From NCBI RefSeq assembly GCF_009914755.1, contig NC_060941.1: a stretch of DNA of 64,000 nt. One strand, given 5' to 3'. This DNA comes from the human T2T-CHM13v2.0 reference genome, Homo sapiens. The notes under the pieces were generated by a model. That model had not been told where the DNA came from. It did no database searches and saw only the letters and a program-made list of their open reading frames with translations. Positions 52,779 through 64,000 of the stretch are shown piece by piece (within the stretch, counting starts at the first letter, position 1; every line of letters begins with the position of its first letter). The position numbers and the translations under genes are program-made.

Positions 52779-54194
52779 CCCGGCTGCGGCGCCCCCGGGC
52801 CCTTTCCCTATGGCCGACCCCTTTCCAGAGAGGAGGGAAGCGGACCTGGGGGTCCGGAAACCTACATGGTTGCCAGGGGTGGAGAGGGGAGCACCCAGTG
52901 AAGGCTGGAAAAATGCCCTCCGTGTACCTCCCTCCCCGGCCGCAGTGACTCCCTAGCTTGCGGGCAGGAGGGCGTGAGCGGGGTGCCTCGACCTCCCGCG
53001 CAGAGCGGGGTGCGGGGCATCCTGCCCCTCCCAGCTGCGGAGAGGGTGGGCGGAGGAGACCTGAGACCTCCGAGACTCCGCGGGGAGCTAAGAGCAGGGC
53101 TGCCCGACAGGTTCCAGGTCAGTGCCAGGAACCCAGGGTGAGGACGCACAGCTGGGGCTTGGGACACAGGTGTGGAGGAGGGGCACCTCCCTGGAATTAG
53201 GGCCCCGGAAAGGAAACCAAATCAAATGCTGAGGACACAGGAGATGGTGGGAAGGGGGAGCAAATCAAAGCTATCACTCGTCCACACCGACAGATACCAC
53301 CTGCCATCTCCCATTTTCTCCTCCCCCAACCTCCCCAGCATCCCTGATCACTTCAAGGGCTGCTGAGCCCTGGGAAGATTTTCCACGGAAGAACTTGTTT
53401 AATAAATGGGAAACTGACCTTTGCTATACTTTTCCCACGTGCTTTCATTTCAGACTCCAATTTGGGAGTAGGTAGCCTAGGTCAGGTGGTGACCACCAAG
53501 CACCCTGCTACCTAGGGGATCTGAGGAGGGTGAAGAAGGCCAGATGCAAACTAAGCTCTGTCCCCAAACAACTTGCAAAGGGTCTGCACCCTCCTCCTGG
53601 AAAAGTCTGCCTTACAGACCCATTTGCCCATCTGGGCCCAGAACCCCAGGAATAGCCCCCCTCTCCCCTCCTCTGAGCGCTTGCAATTTGCTAGCCTTGC
53701 TGAGACAGATCGACACGCTCAGCCTCAGAGACAGCTGATGGTAAAAACCACAAACCAAAGTGCCCCAGACACCAATGTGTTTCCATCATTTGCATGTCAA
53801 GGGCAAGTTTCTTCAGCAAGGTGGGAAACTGGGAGGGGGAGAAACCTCAGAACCACACCCTCCTCGGGGAGGCCCAACGTTAGGTTAGCATGTTGAACGG
53901 AACTCCAGGACTGGGTTTCCAAACCCCTCTGAGGATCTCCTCTCTCCTGCTCCTCTCTCCCCACACTTCACTCCCTGGTGCATTCAATTTCCGGGGGAGG
54001 CAGGGTGCTTGAAATCCCAGAAGATGGTCTTCAGGCCCCAGGTTAAAGATTCTTAATCCGAAGGGACAGACCCATGCCTCTATACTGACTCCTGGCTCCT
54101 TTCCCAGGTTGTAACTGAGAGCTCAGGATTTGTCCGCCTGGCCAATATAGTCTAGATTATGTTATCAAGTGTATTACCTTACACTTACCCATAG

Positions 54195-54590
<396 letters not shown>

Positions 54591-55637
54591 TAACATACTC
54601 CTCCTTTTGGGTCTGTCCTTCTGGAAGCTTTTTCTCAGACCCCTTCCCTGCCTCTCACAACTTCCCCACCCCCAGACACCTCCACCCACTCCCACCACTG
54701 CCTCTGAGCCCCCAGGGCTCCAGCCCCTCACACCAGCCGCCTACAGAGGGCCACCTGTGAGTCTCCCAGACACCTAAAACTCAAGGAGGCTAAAGGCGAC
54801 TGAGACCGCTTCCCTACCTAAGCCACCTCCTCCTACTCTCCTGAATCCACCTCTGGCTCAGAGGCTGGAAGCCTCTGTCTCCTGTGCAGCTTCCCTGGCC
54901 CTCCACTGGTTATCAGATCCTGTTCATTTCTCCTTCTCTCACCGCCTCACTCCTCCACTTCTGCCTGGTTCAGGCCCTATTGTCTCTGCTCTTCCAGAGA
55001 TGTCCCTTTTGCTTTCCAGCCCAACCTCCTATGTGCTTCAGGAAACTCTGTTAGTTCTTCTTTCTCCTCCCCTCTGCTTCAAAACTACAAACACTTCAGG
55101 ATACCCCCTTCTAAGGGAACCTGGCCCCAACCCTGCCCTGCCCTCAAGTCATTGCCCTGTTTCTCTCTTCTGCATTCATCAGTAGGCCTCCCCTAAGAAG
55201 CAACCAGACCCACTCTCTGCTTCTTCAAGCCCTATTCAATCCTCAACTTCCTACAATCTGACTTTCTTCCCCTTCATCCTAGGGGAAGGTGATTTTTACA
55301 GGGAGGCACCGGCATCTTTCTAGGGGAAGATGCCTTTCCAAGGGAGGCAACCTTAGGCTCCTCATTGTTTCAACCCATGGGCCTCCTCCCTATCCCATTC
55401 CTTCACTCCATTGGAGCCCTGGATGTTGCTAACGCCTCCTTGAAACCATTCCCACCCTCATGGCTTCCTAGCCTCTGCGTCTTTCTATCCATTCCCTCAT
55501 TTCTTCAGCTCTGCCTGCCCCAGGGGTTTCTCCAAGGCTGAGTCCTCTAACTTTCTAACCAACCCCTCTTTCCAGATGTTCTCACAGGGGGAATAGAGTG
55601 GGGCAGGTACCAACCCCTCATGGCTCCACTTGCAGAC

Positions 55638-56357
<720 letters not shown>

Positions 56358-56886
56358 TGATGACCTGTCCGAGCACCCCACTCCCTCTCTCAAGCCCCTG
56401 ACTGGCATGTGTTACTGCCATTGGACAAGCTGTCCCACAGCCACTGCACCTTCAGTGCGGGGAGCCTGGAGCCCATCATCTCCACATCCTTTGCAAGAAT
56501 TCTCTGTCCTGGATAAGCAGCACCTCCCATTCGCTCAAGCTGCAGATGTTACATGCTGCCTTCCTCCCCTCGTACATTCAACCCCCTCAGTAAACTCAGG
56601 GCTTTCTGCTTCTGAGTTTCTCTGGAACCTGCCCCCTCTCCTCTGCCCTGGCTCAGGCCCTGCTGCCAGGGCCCTGCCTTTCAATCCATCCTTTTCAGTG
56701 CCAGCAGTTACTTTTCTAATGTACAAACCGGTGATGTCTCTGCACTGCTGAACAAGGTGGATGACTTCCCATTGCTTGGAGAATGAAATTTAAACTCCTG
56801 AGAGAGGCCCTTCCCAGGCTGCCCTTAACTTCCATTCCAGCTCTTCCCATTTTCTGTCCTCATGCCACCCACCCACTCCCGGGCTA

Positions 56887-57279
<393 letters not shown>

Positions 57280-57649
57280 TCAGATCGCTGGAGCATATGG
57301 CATTATCTACTGTGAGAATGAGGCTGATGGAGAGCCACTGGGCTCAGGCTTGGAAATGGTGAGCTCTGATCGGACCGTGGGGAAAACAGGACATTTCCCT
57401 TCTGAAGGTCCCCCAGCCCAGGGCAAATGCCAGGGCATGAATGGTTGATAAGGAGAGCAGACAGTTGCGGCTCTGCGACCAACCACATTGTCCCTGCCAC
57501 CGTGAGACCCACTCCTCCTCCTAGGACTACCAAAGACAGCTTAAGAAGGCTGGAGGTAGAAAAGCAAGTGGTGTAAACTTCCAAATAATTTGGATAATCC
57601 TGACCCTTTCTCCTCTGACCAATTTAATCAAGGAACTCAGAGGAAACTT

Positions 57650-57878
57650 GCCACCTCGAACTCCTGGGCTCAAGAGATTCTCATGTCTCAGTTTCCTGAG
57701 TAGCTGGGGCTACAAGCTTGTACCACCGCACCCAGCTATTTAAAGAAAAAAACTTTTTTGTAAAGGTGAGGTTTTGCCATCTTGCCCAGGCCGGTCTCGA
57801 GCTCCTGGGCTCAAGCCATCCTTTCGCCTCAGCCTCCCAAAGTGCTGGGATTACAGGCATGAGCCACTGCACCCAGCC
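57650..57878 (-). mobile_element. AluJ-like, 3'-truncated
   Basis: No poly(T) tail or right-arm end. Confidence 0.88.
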
Positions 57879-58508
57879 CAGCCTAGGAAACTTTTAAGGA
57901 ACTGGTAACATCACTTGGGGATTTGAAAGAACACACAGGTGAACCGTGGAAGCAGTCACAATAAATAAATAAATAAATAAGCAAACAACTCCCTTGTGAG
58001 ATAATAGCTGGATGGATGCCTGTGGGCTTGCCGATTTGATGGCTATCTGAAAGGATTCCCGGGGACTTTCACCCCTTCCCCAGGGTGCCAGCACGAACAT
58101 CATGTCTGTGAGCCCTTCTTCCCTTGCATAAGGGATTGCTCCCTTGCAGTCCCTGTGTCCATCCCACCAGCCTGTATAGAGAGAGAGTGCGTGCCATTAT
58201 AGTTTGTCTCTTCATGAACTCCCGGGAGGTAAGGGGTGTTTTCCATCTATCTCAGTGTCTGCACCCCGCGAGATTGAGTAAATATTTGCCAAAGGCCTGA
58301 ATTGTAACAAGTGAGTGAGACATGCCCTGTTTGCCTTTATAAAAACCACTATCTTCCCCTTGATTGGTAACAGTTTGTGAGGCTCCAGGGATCTTGCCCC
58401 CTTGTACAGAGGCTGCCAGCTTGTCCTCTACAAGGCCGTGGGGTGGAGATTTGACCTAGATAAATGGAATCCCCTGTAATAATTAAAATTGTTCTTAAAG
58501 AATAGTGA

Positions 58509-58849
<341 letters not shown>

Positions 58850-59174
58850 CTACAAAACAAAATGCAATGACCCCATTTATTCTTATATGGTAAAAATAAA
58901 ATATTTTTTTGTAAAAATAAAAATATAAACATAAAAGAAAAAACTTGAAGAAAATATATCAAAATGTTAGCATCATTAGATGAGGGTTTAAAGATAACTT
59001 TTATTTTGTTATTAGTATTTTTCTGGATTTTCTGAATTTCCTACATTATACATACATTGCTTTATTATCGATTATGTATATATGTCTATATTTAGCCTTC
59101 AAAATCATTATAATTGGAAGGAGGAAAGTTAAACATAAATGACTTTCCTCCATGATTATTCTTAACTTAAGCTA

Positions 59175-59365
59175 TTTCTTTTTTTTTTTTTTTTTTTAGA
59201 TGGAGTCTCACTCTGTCACCCAGGCTGCAGTGCAGTGGCACAATCTTGGCTCACTGCAACCTCTGCCTCCTGTTGCCCAGGCTGGCCTCAAATTCCTGGG
59301 CTCAAGTGATCCCCCCGCCTCAGCCTCCCAAGTAGCTGGGACTACAGGTGTGCACCAGCATCGCC
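59175..59365 (-). mobile_element. Chimeric or partial Alu
   Basis: Right-arm end joined to a monomer-like segment. Confidence 0.8.
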
Positions 59366-60647
59366 TTGACTTGTTCCTCATCACTCTAATACTCAATGAA
59401 TGATGCCTGTTTTTCTTATTGTCGTTCTTGCAATTCCAAGAAGGGATACCTGAGATCAATTTGGCCTAGATTCTCAGATCTGGTTCTTCCCAGAAATGAA
59501 GCTCCCTAGAGGAGGTTGTGGGGTGGAGCAGGATGAATATTCCTGTGTGGGACTTGGGGAGCAGGTGCTGCAGGTGGAGGAGCCGCATGGCCCTGGTGTC
59601 CTGGGGAAGGATCCTCCCTTCTTGGAGGGAGGGAACCTCTGCTGGGCCAGCAAATGGTCAGGGAAGGAGGAGAGAGGAAGCTGGCACTAAATCATTGACC
59701 CCTGAACAGGCTTCTGGGCACTAGCTGAAATGTCAAAAATGTTTTACTCTTTGGAGGAAGAGCCTCACTCGGGTTGCACAGCATAGTAGTGGGTGGAGGA
59801 CCCTATAGAGGGCTGACTGATGTCTTCAGAGTAGCTTGCTTCTTAAAAAGAGAAAAGAGAAACCTCCTCCTGGAAGCAGGGCTGAGCCTCTGGGGCAAGT
59901 GGACCCTGAAGCTATGGCAGGACTGAGTTCCTAGGAGCCAGACCCTCAGCCTCAGGCCTCACACTCCAGTCTATAGAGCCTGCTCCCTTTAGGGTAGGGA
60001 AGGTAAAGCCCAGGGCTCAGTTCGGCTCCATTCTACAGTCAGGAAAGTGTCACATTATCGTGGCAGGTTGAGAAGCACAGCAGGAGATGGTAGCATAGAG
60101 GGGCACATCTCCCACTGAGGCACAAGAAGGCTGAACTGAGATTTAAGGGAGCCGGAGGAGGTAGTCACCCATTTCTTTATGAATTCATGGATTACTATCT
60201 TCCTTCGATTGTGTATAATTTGTTATTATCATCTATTTTGGCTTAGATTGTTTCGGACTTGGCCATGTGCCAACTCCTGGAATTCTGCGGCTGCATCCTC
60301 ATCTTCTTTGAGCACTTCCTTACTTTCTTGTGCAAAGAGACATTTCAACCATCTTGGTAAAGATTTAATTAGATCATCAATGAATGCTAAATCTAAGATG
60401 AAATTTTGTTGAAGAGTAGGATATATAGATGGTCTTCAAATGTCTCCCCACAGACTACTTATTAGTTGCAAGGGCAGGGGAAAGTAATTATGTGATAGAG
60501 AAAATGGGTAACACCTTGCCCAGTGATCAAAGTTAACATCATGTATGAAGGACAGAGGGACATTGTGCGTCTCCGGGTGTGATATCCTGAGGACACGTGG
60601 CCTATGCAGTATTCCCGCTGAAAATGTAGAACTTCATCTCTCTCTCT

Positions 60648-60649
<2 letters not shown>

Positions 60650-60678
<29 letters not shown>

Positions 60679-60955
60679 GAGACATTCTCACTCTGTCGCC
60701 AGGCTGGAGTACAGTGGCACGATCTCAGCTTACTGCAACATCTGCCTCCTAGGTTCAAGTGATTCCCCTGCCTCAGCCTCCTGAGTAGCTGGGACTACAG
60801 GCACATGCCACCACACCCAGCTAATTTGTGTAGTTTTAGTAGAGACGGGGTTTCACCATGTTGGCCAGGATAGTCTCGATCTCTTGACCTTTTGATCGGC
60901 CCACCTCGGCCTCCCAAAGTGCTGGGATTATAGGCGTGAGCCACCATGCCTGGCC
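60650..60955 (-). mobile_element. AluSc-like
   Basis: TSD AGAACTTCATCT. Confidence 0.95.
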
Positions 60956-61101
60956 AGAACTTCATCTTAATCATGAGGAAAAGCCAGACAAATACAAAAT
61001 GGAGAATGTTCCATTAAAAAAAAAATAAGGCGGGGTCTGTATTTTTTTTAATGCCAGTTATGTACATGTTCCAGATTTATGGAGGCTAGAGAGACATGAC
61101 A

Positions 61102-61335
61102 ACTCAAGACTGAGCAGTCTAGAAGGATTTGAACTTCTCTTCCTCATCCTACTGGGTAGGTGGTAGTGCCCCTTTTCTTCTTACGAAGGAAAGAGGAGGT
61201 CAGGCCTGTGCCAGGCTTGCAGCTAGAGAAGAATGAACTCTTTGATTATTGGGATGATGAGATTATAAGGGGAAGCTGTACAGATGCCTTCTCTGGATGT
61301 AGTGAATATGGGGAATGAAGGAGATGGAATAACCT
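61102..61335 (+). repeat. Diverged direct copy of 63246-63484 inserted in an L1
   Basis: Hand alignment ~82% identity over ~238 columns, e.g. shared GAAGGAAAGAGGAGGTC, GCTTGCAGCTAGAGAAG, GGGGAAGCTGTACAG, GAAGGAGATGGAAT. Confidence 0.92.
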
Positions 61336-61392
61336 GACCCTAGACTAGATCTTTTACTGGAATGGAGAAAATGCTGTAAAAGACATAATTAG

Positions 61393-61697
<305 letters not shown>

Positions 61698-62294
61698 TCA
61701 CCTAACTAACAACTGGAATAAGGATAAGGATGGTAGATTAAATATAAGTATTATATAAATGTAAGTGTATAAAGTTAATAACTGTGCTGTGGTGTAACAG
61801 CATATCTCTATTTTTAGGAAATACACACAGAAATATTTAGGGGTAAGAGCTATGATGTATGAAACCCTAGAATGGTTCAGAAAAAAAAACAAATTGGATA
61901 GAGCCCCATATGGTGATTAAGCAAGGGATAAAATGTTAATAATAGGTGAATTTGGGTAAAGGGTTTACAGATATTTCTTGGACTATTTTCACTTTTGCAA
62001 CTTTTTGTAAGTTTGTAATTGTTTCCAAATATATATTGAATGTTCCAGGCTCACTTTGTGTTTTCCCTGCCCAAGCTCTGCAATCGGCTTTTTCTGCAGG
62101 AGTCCTAGTGAGCAGGAAATTTAGCCACATTTTAAAAGTAGGTGAATGAGAAGAAGGCTTTCCTAGTATATGGAACAGCATGATTAAAGACAAAGAAATA
62201 TGAAATACAAGTGTAAATGGTAGAAAGGACTGCCGGCGAAAGTGGGTGAAAGCCTAACCCAGCAAAAGGTCTCGCCGGATAAAACCATGGCCTC

Positions 62295-62590
<296 letters not shown>

Positions 62591-62849
62591 CCGTGGCCTC
62601 ACCTGGGTATGCAAAACGCAGCCCCCACAGTTCCCATAAGCCTGGTCCCATTGACTCGTACAGCTGTGATTTGGATATGCGATACAATAAACGGACAGAT
62701 TCAGCCATCCCTGAGGGGCCAACACTGCATTTGGGGGCATGTCATCTGCGGAAACCATAGAACTGAATTGTATCTATTTACATCAAATGAGTACAGCTAC
62801 TGTGCAGAGTGCGGAAAGTGAAGCAGCATTCGAGGTCCAAAGCTCCAGC

Positions 62850-63200
62850 AGGAGAGAAGCAATGCTTTCTGTGAATGAGATACAGGCCGCCGCCCTCCCA
62901 ATCAGAACACGGGAGATATCAGCCAATCCCGGCCCGCCGATGCTCTAGTATCGGGCGGGGGCCCACACGCCCAAGAGTTGTTTGTCTGCCTCGGGTCCCC
63001 TCCAGCCCTACCGTTGGAGGAAAGAGGCGGAGAGGAGGCCAGGAGGCCGGCAGGGTTGATCAGGCCAAATGGTGGGGGGCGCCAAATGCCAGGCCAATGT
63101 GGAGCCAGTTTGGGCTCCACAGCAGGGTGACTGATCCAGCCATGGCAACACTCACATTTACCTTGTCCCCTGCGGGGCTGGTTCCTCTCCCGGATCAGTG
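62850..63200 (+). promoter_or_regulatory. Candidate weak-CpG promoter and first exon
   Basis: CCAAT at 62898, 62923 and 63094; GGGCGG at 62953; elevated CpG in unique sequence; donor TCA|GTGAGT after 63197. Confidence 0.45.
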
Positions 63201-63245
63201 AGTCCCTGACGCCTTTGGGAGGGGAGGTTGGAGCTGTGAGGGCTG

Positions 63246-63484
63246 ACTCTGGACTGAGCGGGATAGACGGATTTGGGCTTCTCTCCCTCATCCCACCTGG
63301 CTAGGTGGTGGTGTTCCTCTTCTTCTTAGGAAGGAAAGAGGAGGTCTGGCCTGTGCTGAGCTTGCAGCTAGAGAAGGACGAACGAACTCTTTGATTGTCA
63401 GGACGGTGAGATTGCGCGGGGAAGCTGTACAGTTGCCTTCTCTGGATATAGTGAATGTGGAGAACGAAGGAGATGGAATGACCT
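63246..63484 (+). repeat. CpG-retaining copy (probable source) of the local duplication
   Basis: Aligns to 61102-61335; carries 8 CpGs. Confidence 0.9.
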
Positions 63485-63616
63485 CTCTGAAGCAGGATGC
63501 ACCATCCCCAGATAGGCACATATCGGATCTCCCAGCCTGGTGACTCTTCCGTGGTCTAATCTGAACACCTCTGGCCTGCCACACCTCTGGCCAGCCTCCA
63601 GTTAGCTGCTTTTCAG

Positions 63617-63697
63617 GAGATGTGCCATACGTCTCATTTTCTCATTCCTCGGATGAAGCTCGTTCCCCATGCTGGATGCCAACCCCCAAAATCTGAG
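63617..63697 (+). other. Candidate 81-nt exon
   Basis: Acceptor TGCTTTTCAG|G at 63616/63617 and donor GAG|GTGAGA after 63697. Confidence 0.35.
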
Positions 63698-63906
63698 GTG
63701 AGAAAGCAATGCAGGAAGGCAATTCAGCTCCTTTGCAGGTCTGTCAGAGGATGCAATTGGTGCCTTTGAGCAAAGTGATGCTGCCATGACCCAAACTGGA
63801 AATAGGAGGACCAGATAGAGATGGTCTACATTGAATTCGAGGCTCCATCCTCTGTACCAGGCCCTGGGCTAAGCACTTTACATGCTTCAGATTAAAACTT
63901 TACTAG

Positions 63907-64000
63907 GAGCAGGTGCAGTGGCTTATATCTGTAATCCCAGCACTTTGGGAGGCCGAGGTGGGTGGATCACCTGAGGTCAGGAGTTCAAGACCAGGATGAC
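63907..64000 (+). mobile_element. Alu 5' part, runs off the window
   Basis: gtaatcccagcactttgggaggccgagg. Confidence 0.92.

Larger units (their letters stand above)
51760..53110. promoter_or_regulatory. CpG island promoter
   Basis: Very high GC and CpG density, many GGGCGG boxes, Alu-free from ~49.8 to 54.3 kb. Confidence 0.95.

Noticed and set aside
51678-53200. Long Arg/Gly/Pro/Ala-rich ORFs on both strands, up to 210 aa
   Set aside because: Stop-codon scarcity in a CpG island; overlapping in all frames, several non-ATG starts, no recognisable domain
62902-63787. Minus-strand ORF chain suggesting a processed pseudogene
   Set aside because: No recognisable parent protein, poly(A) or TSD; tBLASTx would be needed to exclude it fully

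Overview
Primate, most likely human, genomic DNA: about 55 Alu elements or fragments plus MIR, L2, L1M, MER (hAT) and MLT1 relics. A strong CpG island at ~51.76-53.11 kb holds a minus-strand, ATG-free first exon ending at a canonical donor (CCG|GTAAGA, exon end 52508). Positions 1-52.5 kb therefore read as the large first intron or 5'UTR region of a minus-strand gene. I could not identify the gene and found no convincing coding exon. Nearly all ORFs in the track are Alu-derived or chance ORFs. The most unusual observation is at the right end: a ~235-bp non-repeat segment (63246-63484) has a diverged direct copy (~82% identity, hand alignment) inside an old L1 at 61102-61335. That copy has lost all 8 CpGs that the 63-kb copy carries. 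The 63-kb copy lies inside a candidate intron of a possible plus-strand spliced transcript with a CCAAT/GC-box promoter (~62.85-63.7 kb). Other points of note are repeated Alu insertion at one target site, nested and closely spaced inverted Alus, and candidate 5'UTR exons. I see no CRISPR, tRNA, rRNA or clear novel multi-gene system. Repeat subfamily calls come from recalled consensus features, not from a search, and boundaries are approximate.
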